Of a DNA stretch of 64,000 nt, positions 11,396-19,918 are shown in pieces. The notes under the pieces are model-generated. The model made no database searches, was not told the DNA's origin, and worked only from the letters and a program-made list of their open reading frames with translations. The stretch spans positions 1,736,001 through 1,800,000 of the forward strand of contig NW_026262666.1 of assembly GCF_021869535.1 (NCBI RefSeq), in the 5' to 3' direction. Position numbers and translations under genes: made by a program. The DNA comes from Mytilus californianus (taxonomy: Eukaryota). Each line of letters begins with the position of its first letter. Position 1 is the first letter of the stretch.

Positions 11396-13810
11396 TCAAC
11401 ATTTTTGCTTTAATGGATTGACTGTAAACGTGTCAGGTACCTTGATTTGTTGTTTTGTGTGAACATTTACTATGCTTAAGCCTGACATTTCAACATGTAG
11501 TTTTTTATAAAAAGTACCAGATATTCTCATGTTTGTTATGTTATTTGGTGTTGCAATATCCCAATCTGATGGACATAATGGTAAATTGACAACTGGTATT
11601 GTCAAGCATGTTAAACCATTGCTGATTTCAAGTATGATTTTAGTGTGATGTCTTGTGCATACTTGTTTATATAAATAATGCAATACTCCAACAAATGAGA
11701 TAATTGTGATTGCTGCCAACACAATTGATGGCCACTGATTTAACTGTGGTGATAATAATGAATCATAATTTTGAGTTGTTGATATAGGTGATTGCATGTA
11801 ATGAAATGTTGGTGGTGTTTGTGGTGTCACAAATGCAGCTGATGATGGAGCTTTTTGTAACAGTATAAGTGCTGTTGTCAAGGCACGAACTTTGTTAAAT
11901 AGTGCAATGCAAGCAATCGTCAAAAGTATTGATAACACAAGAGATATTAGCGAGATCATCTCATTTGTGTTTGGCCAAGAATCGTCGATATCAATTTCAC
12001 CATCAAGTAATGGTTCTGACAATGAGGTAAATATTTTTCTGTCTGCTTTTGCTGCTTTTGCTATTCTTTTCAGGCTTAAGTGTAAATTATTGTCTTGTGC
12101 AATGACTGAGTTAAATGTATGGTTATAAAAATGAAGGTTGGGAAGTGTAATGTCTGCTGGGTCTGTAAAAGTTGTGTCACCTAATATCGAATTATAAGTT
12201 TCTGATGAGAAAAAGTGTTGAATAAGTGCTAAATTTACTGGATGTACTATAGTCACTGTATTTGTACTGTTATCGCACAATCCTTTTTTTGCAGGTATAA
12301 ATAACGAATCTGTTTTTACAGAACAAAGACATGGAACATGTATAATACAAAAGGAACATCCTTTTTCAATTTTATGACCTGATGGACAGTCAAAAGCAAG
12401 TGTTTTGGTTTTGTATATAAGTAAACTTGTGTCAGTTATTTCTTTGACTGCTGGCTGTATGATATTTGTAAGGAATCGGAAATTGCAATTTGAATGTACG
12501 CTTTCTTTGTCATTGAACAGTAGTGCAAAGGAACAACTTGGTGAAACAGATGAAAGTAAAGGAAAAGTTTTTGTGCAGTACAGTGTATCTATTCCTGAAC
12601 ATGTTTTTACAAATTCATCTGATAATTCTGCATACTGTCTGTTATCAGATGTGATTACTAAGTACTGTGGGAGATCTAATAATTGAGTTGCGTGATTGCT
12701 GGTTGTATTTATAGGTACAGGGTATGAGTTTATTTTGTATAGAGTGAGTGGATTCACAAATGTAGTAATTGGAAATTTGATGCTAATGAATAAATTTTTG
12801 TGATGTCTAGTATATAAAATGTTAGCTTGTGAATAATAATATGATGGGTTCACATTATTTAAGTAAAAACCTTTGAATTTGTCATTTAAGATAGATTGAA
12901 TATGCTGAATTGTACGTTTGAGATTTTGTGGTGAAATTAAAAATGGTGATAATTTGCCTTTAACTAACTCATGGACAGCTATTTTGAGTTCTTCTAGATA
13001 CTTATTAATTTCAGCTGTTTCATTCATTTGTTTGAGTAAAAATTTTGACAATTTGATGCTTAGTTTCTCAAATTGTGAGATGAATTTTGCAGTTTCTTTA
13101 GTGATATTTTGAATACCTTCATAATTGTTTTTTATACCAACTATGATATTATCAAATCTCTTATTTGTTTTTGACATATATGATGATAACAATTTATCGT
13201 GATGTGTAATATCTTTTGCAAATTGATTATTTCTTCTGATTAAAATGTTTACATGTTTTGCTAGTCTATTTACATCCTCAGTAGTTGCTGTGCCAAATAA
13301 AGATTTGGAAATTGAACCAATAAAGTCAAATAGTCCACGCTTTAGTCTAGATTCTGTATTGGATTTGTCTTCAATATCAATATGTGGAATAAGTTTATGA
13401 ATAACATCGACTGTGTGATTCACATTTGATGATACTTGAGTTCTAATTGCAGTAAGTTGTGATAAGACTTGGTTTAAAATGTAACAATGTTGATGTGTAA
13501 TATCACATTGTTCAAAGTGATCATCAGTTTGTTTGCTAGGAAGGGGAATCTTGAAAGTGTGAAGCCAATTTTCACGACCCGAAAGTAAATTTGGTTGTCT
13601 CTCAAACACTACTCCATAATTGATACGCTGTATCTGGTGCACCTTGTCAGCTGACACATATATCATTATCCACAACCATATAAAAATCCTGGCAAGACTT
13701 ATAACTCCTATAGAAAACAAAGAAAAAGGAAATTGATAGAATGTGAAATGTTTGTTGGGTAAGAGGTTGCATGCCTCTTTTAGCACTAAGTAACATGAGC
13801 ATAGGCTCAT
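11396..13810 (-). CDS. env: Envelope glycoprotein, class I fusion protein of baculovirus-F/errantivirus-Env type; true start uncertain, probably spliced
   Basis: About 804 aa from ATG 13810; signal peptide ending VSA/DK; furin site RLKR (13337-13348) followed by fusion peptide GLFDFIGSISKSLFGTATTEDV; heptad region; Cys-rich ectodomain with many NxS/T; C-terminal TM segments. Confidence 0.9.
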   Translation of the reverse strand: MSLCSCYLVLKEACNLLPNKHFTFYQFPFSLFSIGVISLARIFIWLWIMIYVSADKVHQIQRINYGVVFERQPNLLSGRENWLHTFKIPLPSKQTDDHFEQCDITHQHCYILNQVLSQLTAIRTQVSSNVNHTVDVIHKLIPHIDIEDKSNTESRLKRGLFDFIGSISKSLFGTATTEDVNRLAKHVNILIRRNNQFAKDITHHDKLLSSYMSKTNKRFDNIIVGIKNNYEGIQNITKETAKFISQFEKLSIKLSKFLLKQMNETAEINKYLEELKIAVHELVKGKLSPFLISPQNLKRTIQHIQSILNDKFKGFYLNNVNPSYYYSQANILYTRHHKNLFISIKFPITTFVNPLTLYKINSYPVPINTTSNHATQLLDLPQYLVITSDNRQYAELSDEFVKTCSGIDTLYCTKTFPLLSSVSPSCSFALLFNDKESVHSNCNFRFLTNIIQPAVKEITDTSLLIYKTKTLAFDCPSGHKIEKGCSFCIIHVPCLCSVKTDSLFIPAKKGLCDNSTNTVTIVHPVNLALIQHFFSSETYNSILGDTTFTDPADITLPNLHFYNHTFNSVIAQDNNLHLSLKRIAKAAKADRKIFTSLSEPLLDGEIDIDDSWPNTNEMISLISLVLSILLTIACIALFNKVRALTTALILLQKAPSSAAFVTPQTPPTFHYMQSPISTTQNYDSLLSPQLNQWPSIVLAAITIISFVGVLHYLYKQVCTRHHTKIILEISNGLTCLTIPVVNLPLCPSDWDIATPNNITNMRISGTFYKKLHVEMSGLSIVNVHTKQQIKVPDTFTVNPLKQKC

Positions 13811-14034
13811 AATTTTTAACAAACATTACACAGAAAGCAAAGAAAGAATTTTATAGTAAGAGTGTTCAGTTATGCCAACATCCTCATATAATGTTTCACA
13901 GATAGATAGGTGACCAATGTATGAAGTTTTAGATATATATGTAAAATTGTAAAAACCACTACCGTAAAAGTTATATATATATATGTAATAATCTATCTCA
14001 TGAAAGTCAATTGTAAGAAAAATTTTCAAAATTG

Positions 14035-17000
14035 CTATACAAAACATGGATTCCTTTGTGGGCGTTTGCGTCTTCTCCCCTGTTGTGTTTTCGTAGCATG
14101 GAAATTATTGATAATGTCATCACTTAAATCTTTGGCAAGTTGCCATGTAAGTCCTCTGTAACCTTTCCACTTTATTAAATATTGTTTTTGACCGTCAATT
14201 GTCCTTGACCTAATAATTCTTTCTATTGGGTACTCCTGGTCATCATTTTGATCCTTTGGATCTGCATCATTGTCATCATCATCAACAATAGGTGCTTGTT
14301 GTGCCTCCTGTTGAGGTTGTACTTGTGGCTGAACTGGCATTGGTAAATCTGGACGAGGCACATCCATGGGAGGTGCGTTTAAATTTTGTCTGTGATCAGG
14401 TGGGTGGTATAGTTTTAGCCTGTTTGCATTGATCATACTTTTGAGTAATTTATGGTCGCTACATCTGCGCAATTTGTATGTGTAATTCGAACCTTTGTCA
14501 ACAATGTAGAATGGTCCATCTTGTTTCTTGTAAAGTTTGGAAGAATATCCAACTGGTACTTTTGGAGTAAATACTAAAACTTGGTCGTTTACTTCAAACT
14601 TTGGCAATTCTGTACGTTTGTCATAATTTGTTTTCTGCTTTTGTTGAGCATGGTTTAAGTTTTCTGTAGCTATTGCCTTAGCTATTTTCAAGTTGTCCAA
14701 TATATTATCAATATGTGTTTTCAGGTTTTTGTTAAGATCTTCCCTTGGGATAAGGTTGACATCAAAAGGAAGGTTCATGTCTTTGCTAAAAACAAGATAG
14801 AATGGAGAGTACTCTGAAGAAGCAGATGGAGTCATGCGAAAAGCCATTAGAATACCAGGCAGTAGTTCTGGCCAATTTGACTGTTGTTCATTAATGACAG
14901 TTCTAATGCATTGTATGATGGTTTTGTTGGTACGCTCAGCAATTGAATTTGTTTGAGGATGGTAAGAGCTTGTGAAGGAATGTTTGACATTAAAAATGTG
15001 GTTAACTGCTGCAACAAGCTTGCTCATGAATCCTTGACCACGATCTGTACAGATGGAAACTGGGCTTCCAAATCTTGTAAATATCTCCTTGTGTAATACA
15101 GAGGCAATTTCTGCTGCACTTTCTGACTTAACTGGAAAACATTCTACCCATTTACTGAAGGAATCGACTATGATCAAGATGAAGCGATGTCCTTCGCTTG
15201 TCTCTCTCTTAAAAGGACCAATAAAGTCCATGTGCCATCGAGCAAATGTATCTGTAATTGGCATTGGTGTCATTGGAACTCTTTTGGAATGTGGTGGATA
15301 TTTTGCTTTTTGACATGGTTCACAACCTCTAATGTATTCTGTAACTACTTGGTACATGCGTGGAAAATAGTACTTTTCTTGAATAGACTGGTATGTCCGA
15401 TCAAAACCAAAGTGTCCGTGATCATGGTATGCCTTCATTAGATCATTTCTAAGTGTACGTGGCAATGCAAGTTGTTTAATGAACCTTTTGATTTTTCTTA
15501 AACCTTTTTGTCTTGGTTGGTACTGATGATACAGGACATCATCTTGCATGATATATTGGCTTGCCTCTAGGACAACCTTTTGTGCTATTTTCTTGTCATC
15601 TGGTAGTGTGTTGTTTTTAACATATTCATATATGAGACTAAAATCTGGACATTCACTCTGAAGTTTGCCTATTTCTATGGGTATGATATCAGATGTTGTT
15701 AATTCTGCAACTAAAGGTGATTTGCTTTTAGGCTGATCAGAATAGACAAAAGTAACTTCAAGAAAAGGATTTTCAGATTGGTCAATAGTATGAATTGAAG
15801 GAATGACATCTTCAGGTTCAGAAATATCAGATTCTTTTGTGACTGGATATTCACGTCTAGAAAGACAATCAGCAACAACATTTGTTTTACCTTGTCTGTA
15901 TAAAATTTCCATGTCATAACCTTGTAACAAAACTGACCATCTGGCCAAGCGACCAGTAGATTGTTTGATGTTGTTCAGAAATTTTAGAGCATTGTGATCT
16001 GTATACACTTTAAAATGTTTGTATGCTAGGTAAACATGATATGTTTTGACACCTTCCAATATAGCTAGACATTCATGCTCACTAGCTGACCATTTCCTCT
16101 CTGCTTCCGTTAAACTTCGACCACCATAAGCTATAACTTTCTCTTGGCCTTCAGAATCTAATTGAGCAAGAAAATAACCAATAGCTGTGCCGCTGGCATC
16201 AGTGGTAAGAATAAAGTCTTTCGACATGTCAGGATAAGCAAGAATAGGAGATGAAATCAGAGTCTTTTTGAGTTTATCAAAAGCAACTTGACAATCCTCT
16301 GTCCATTCAAAAGGTACATTGTCCTTAGTCAGATTATGCAATGGACCTGCAATGTGGCTATACCCTTGAACAAATTTTCTGTAATAGTTACAGAGACCTA
16401 AGAAACTTCTGACCTGTTTTTCAGTTTTAGGCACAGGAAAAGATTCTACAGTTTCAATTTTAGATTTGTCAACTTCAACACCTTTCTTAGAAACTTTATG
16501 GCCTAGATAAATGACTTCTTTTCGTGCAAACTGACATTTGCTTGGTTTAAGTGTGAGATTTGCAGCTTTCAATCTGTCAAAAACAAGCTGAAGATGTTTT
16601 AAATGTTCTTCAAATGTTCTGCTAAAGACAAGTATGTCATCTACATAGACTAGAGCAATCTGGTAATTGAGACGATGAAGAACCTGAGTCAAAAGATGTT
16701 GAAAAGAAGATGGTGCTGCTGATAAACCAAAAGGAAGCCTTTTCCACTGATAAACTCCACTAGGAGTGACAAAAGCAGATTTATGAGCCGTGGCTGGGTC
16801 TAACTGACATTGCCAATATCCGGACAAAAGATCTAAAGTTGTGAATATCTGCGCTTGTGAGCGCCCTAAGGAGTCAAGAACATCCTCAATGCGAGGCAAA
16901 GGAAAAAACTTGGGACGTGACACCTTATTAAGGGAGCGAAAATCACAACAGAACCTTAGTTCTCCCGATTTCTTTTTGCACATGACTACAGGTGCAGCCC

Positions 17001-18105
17001 ATTCACTGGTGGACTCTTCTATGATACCGTGTTCAAGCATTTTGTCAATTTGTTTGTTCATTTCTTCTAGAACTGGTGGAGATTGTCTGTAAAACCTTTT
17101 TCGTATTGGTGGCGCATCACCAGTGTCAATTGTATGTTTGTATAGATTTGTATTTCCTAGTTCACTAAGATCTTTGGCAAAAACTCGTCTATTTTTAGAA
17201 AGAAATGCTTGGAGAATAGTTTTTTGATCTTCAGACAGATCTGAGTCACTAAAATCAAAGTCTAAGATGTCACACTGATCATCAGATTTAGAATTCTGAG
17301 TTTTCTTATCAACTTGAGTGTCTGTTAAAGAAATGATAGATTTAGAGTCAACTGCAGAAACTGAAGCAACAACAAAGTTAGCTGGCAAATGAATAGTTTT
17401 TTCTGTAGGATTCATCACTCTCATGAAAGAATTGCCAGTGTCATCTAGTTGAACAATGGACTTTGCCCCAGCTAATGATTGACTTGGTAATGTGTGCAAG
17501 GGTTCTAAAAGAGCAGTTTGGTTTCTTAAATTGGACACTTTGACTGGAATGTCAACTTGATGTAACCCTTTGATGTGAATGTGTCTCTTTGTGCGAGCTA
17601 ATCCATTGTTTAACTCTACAGAATGGACAAGTTTTTCATCAGTGTCTGGCTCTGGGATAAACAGAGTGTTAGAGGGACAATCAATGATTGCTCCATTTTC
17701 AGTTAGAAAATCAAATCCTAAAATCATACTTTGTTGCATTTTGGAAAAGACATGAAAACGATAGACAAAAGAAATATTTCCTATAGTAAAAGGCAAAAGG
17801 ATAAGTCCTAAAATGGGATGGTGTTCACCCCCAACACCTACAGCATCTTGAACTCTTGTTCGCTGAATTTGTTTAAGATCAAAGTTTAAAGATTTGAGTA
17901 AATTTACTGAGCAGCAGCTAATAGCTGCTCCTGTGTCAACCAAACTTTTTACGTTGTTACCTTTTATTGTAACGTGAACTGTATTGCCATTTAATTTTGA
18001 CAACTGTGCAATTTCTGGTAATTTTAAATTTTCATTTTTATGTGTTTCTTTTCTGTTTTTGAAATTTCTGTTTTGGTGTTGTCTCTCTTGCCTTTGTTTT
18101 GTGTG
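14035..18105 (-). CDS. pol: Pol polyprotein: protease, RT, RNase H, integrase, GPY/F, chromodomain
   Basis: DTGA protease, YVDD RT, TDASG RNase H, HDHGH..CEPC zinc finger, DDE core (WHMDFIG, TDRG, ERTN), GPFYI, C-terminal EYPIERII..YLIKWKGY..TWQ. Frame is open back to the gag stop with no Met before the protease active site. Confidence 0.97.
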   Translation of the reverse strand, partial: HTKQRQERQHQNRNFKNRKETHKNENLKLPEIAQLSKLNGNTVHVTIKGNNVKSLVDTGAAISCCSVNLLKSLNFDLKQIQRTRVQDAVGVGGEHHPILGLILLPFTIGNISFVYRFHVFSKMQQSMILGFDFLTENGAIIDCPSNTLFIPEPDTDEKLVHSVELNNGLARTKRHIHIKGLHQVDIPVKVSNLRNQTALLEPLHTLPSQSLAGAKSIVQLDDTGNSFMRVMNPTEKTIHLPANFVVASVSAVDSKSIISLTDTQVDKKTQNSKSDDQCDILDFDFSDSDLSEDQKTILQAFLSKNRRVFAKDLSELGNTNLYKHTIDTGDAPPIRKRFYRQSPPVLEEMNKQIDKMLEHGIIEESTSEWAAPVVMCKKKSGELRFCCDFRSLNKVSRPKFFPLPRIEDVLDSLGRSQAQIFTTLDLLSGYWQCQLDPATAHKSAFVTPSGVYQWKRLPFGLSAAPSSFQHLLTQVLHRLNYQIALVYVDDILVFSRTFEEHLKHLQLVFDRLKAANLTLKPSKCQFARKEVIYLGHKVSKKGVEVDKSKIETVESFPVPKTEKQVRSFLGLCNYYRKFVQGYSHIAGPLHNLTKDNVPFEWTEDCQVAFDKLKKTLISSPILAYPDMSKDFILTTDASGTAIGYFLAQLDSEGQEKVIAYGGRSLTEAERKWSASEHECLAILEGVKTYHVYLAYKHFKVYTDHNALKFLNNIKQSTGRLARWSVLLQGYDMEILYRQGKTNVVADCLSRREYPVTKESDISEPEDVIPSIHTIDQSENPFLEVTFVYSDQPKSKSPLVAELTTSDIIPIEIGKLQSECPDFSLIYEYVKNNTLPDDKKIAQKVVLEASQYIMQDDVLYHQYQPRQKGLRKIKRFIKQLALPRTLRNDLMKAYHDHGHFGFDRTYQSIQEKYYFPRMYQVVTEYIRGCEPCQKAKYPPHSKRVPMTPMPITDTFARWHMDFIGPFKRETSEGHRFILIIVDSFSKWVECFPVKSESAAEIASVLHKEIFTRFGSPVSICTDRGQGFMSKLVAAVNHIFNVKHSFTSSYHPQTNSIAERTNKTIIQCIRTVINEQQSNWPELLPGILMAFRMTPSASSEYSPFYLVFSKDMNLPFDVNLIPREDLNKNLKTHIDNILDNLKIAKAIATENLNHAQQKQKTNYDKRTELPKFEVNDQVLVFTPKVPVGYSSKLYKKQDGPFYIVDKGSNYTYKLRRCSDHKLLKSMINANRLKLYHPPDHRQNLNAPPMDVPRPDLPMPVQPQVQPQQEAQQAPIVDDDDNDADPKDQNDDQEYPIERIIRSRTIDGQKQYLIKWKGYRGLTWQLAKDLSDDIINNFHATKTQQGRRRKRPQRNPCFV

Positions 18106-19356
18106 TCAATAATCTACCCTATAATTAGATTGTCTTGGTTGCCAGTTTTGTGAATTAGATTGTTGTCTTGGTTGCCAGTTTTGTGAATTTGCCTTTCGCT
18201 CATCAAATTCTTTCTTATCACATACCTCTTTAAAATGACCAAACTTGTGACAATAAAAACATTCAACATTGTATGCTGGGCATTTTCTCCTATCAAATAC
18301 ATGTGACTTACCACAAAACTTGCATTTGGTCAGTGACTGCTGCCTTGATCCTCTATAATTTTGACTGTAATTTGGCTTGTTTTGATCATGATGAGGTACA
18401 CCCACTGCCATCACTTGTTCTTTAAAAACTGATCTAATACCCTCTACTAAAGAAGAACATAAATCATTAATTGAATGTACATTGTTTACACTTTCTACAT
18501 TTAATTTTTGAACATTTTGTGTAGTTATGTTTGTATTGTTCGTGTTAACATCACTAGCTTTACATTCTGCTACACTAGTTGCAAGGTAAATTGCTTCTCT
18601 TAATTCATTTATTGTTTTGGGATCTTTCCCTACCACAAACGGTTTGATATCTGGGTTAAGCCCATTTTTACATAAACCCACAATTGTCTGCTCACTAATG
18701 TTCTGTGCACCACTTGCTAGGTTTTGCACTCTAGTTAAGTACTGTATCCCGGTCTCATGCGGATGTTGTTTAAGGCGGTACAACTCATTGTTTGTGTTAT
18801 GGTGTTTAAATCTGTCCAGAAAAGCAGCTTTCAAATTTGTCAGATCATCACGTGTTTCTGTAGGTAAGGAATGATACCATGTTGAGGCTTGTCCCTCCAC
18901 ATGAAATGAAAATGCAGCTAAAGCTGCCTCATTCTGATAATTTTGTAGTTTAATGTAATTTTCAAACATGGTCCACCAAATGGCAGGAACCTGGCTTGTT
19001 TCATCATGAAAATGAGCTAAATTTATATGTGACATTACTCGTTTTGTATTATTTGTCAAACCTATTGGAATAATTTGCACTATCTGTTGTTCAGCTTCTG
19101 GTTCTATTTCTATTTCTTCTTCTGCTTGTTCTGTGTCTTGCAAATTTATCTGGTTATTTGCTACTGGTTCCTGTTCAGTTATGTTGACAATCTCTGTTTG
19201 ATCGTCACCTGGTTGTTGTTCGGTTATGTTTACCAGAATTTCCTCTAGATCTGTGGAGTATATGTCCTCTGCGACTTGTGCTTTGGCCCTTGTGTTATAA
19301 TTGGACGGTGTTGCCCCTGTCGTTGACTTGGCACCAGCTGTGTTTCTGTATGGCAT
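18106..19356 (-). CDS. gag: Gag (416 aa) with two C-terminal zinc knuckles
   Basis: Retrotransposon capsid-like region (WWTMFENY, ASTWYHSL, LKAAFLDRF, GLNPDIKPFV); CKFCGKSH..C and CFYCHKFGHFKEVC knuckles; ATG 48 nt downstream of the 5' LTR. Confidence 0.93.
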   Translation of the reverse strand: MPYRNTAGAKSTTGATPSNYNTRAKAQVAEDIYSTDLEEILVNITEQQPGDDQTEIVNITEQEPVANNQINLQDTEQAEEEIEIEPEAEQQIVQIIPIGLTNNTKRVMSHINLAHFHDETSQVPAIWWTMFENYIKLQNYQNEAALAAFSFHVEGQASTWYHSLPTETRDDLTNLKAAFLDRFKHHNTNNELYRLKQHPHETGIQYLTRVQNLASGAQNISEQTIVGLCKNGLNPDIKPFVVGKDPKTINELREAIYLATSVAECKASDVNTNNTNITTQNVQKLNVESVNNVHSINDLCSSLVEGIRSVFKEQVMAVGVPHHDQNKPNYSQNYRGSRQQSLTKCKFCGKSHVFDRRKCPAYNVECFYCHKFGHFKEVCDKKEFDERKANSQNWQPRQQSNSQNWQPRQSNYRVDY

Positions 19357-19391
19357 GTAGACAGTAGAGCGAGGTAACAGGAAAGAGTCAG

Positions 19392-19401
19392 TCCTCTACC
19401 A
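19392..19401 (-). other. Putative primer-binding site
   Basis: TGGTAGAGGA starts 3 nt after the 5' LTR end; the TGG start is typical of a PBS complementary to tRNA CCA. Confidence 0.6.
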
Positions 19402-19404
19402 ATT

Positions 19405-19918
19405 TGTAAAATAATAGATCTTTATTAATTGCTGGTCAATGTTCAAGTGACCACAATTTCATAAAATACAAATTTTGTTTCATTCCCAGGTGAGGCCCAA
19501 TTAGGTAAAATAATTATATACACAAAGGAAAATATCTCATAAACCCTGTCACTGGCCCCATGTCACCTAAGAGCTAAAATCTATGATAGCGTGGTCTTAA
19601 TCCGGACACGCTAATCCAACATATAGTCAAAGGTTACATAATATTTGCTATCGCTAATAGATAATATAATAAACTCTAATTTATAGCTTTTGTAAATCTT
19701 TTGTAGAAAAATGACAATTTATAGCTATTTTATTTCTTTGTCTAATTCTGGTATTTTATATAATCTCTTTAAAAATTAACTTATAAATTCGGGTGACATG
19801 ACGACAGTGAAATTCTTTTTATTTATAAAATAAATTAAAACTCATTTCTATTAAAACTATAGTAAAAATAAGTAAAAGATCTATAAGAAAAAGTGATGGT
19901 GCATTTTTCCTTATCACA
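19405..19918 (-). repeat. 5' LTR (514 bp)
   Basis: TG...CA (TGTGATAAG...TTTTACA on the minus strand); 512/514 identical to 10511-11024. Confidence 0.95.

Larger units (their letters stand above)
9264..19918 (-). mobile_element. Full-length env-bearing Ty3/Gypsy LTR retrotransposon (endogenous retrovirus-like) with chromodomain integrase
   Basis: TGTGA...TCACA termini; 4-bp TSD CCTT at 9260-9263 and 19919-19922; empty-site sequence tagggccttcaac seen in the paralogous block near 7060; gag, pol (PR-RT-RH-IN order) and env ORFs; two LTR copies. Confidence 0.97.

Noticed and set aside
11892-18874. Multiple 60-95-aa plus-strand ORFs antisense to gag, pol and env
   Set aside because: Expected shadows of long coding sequence; no motifs
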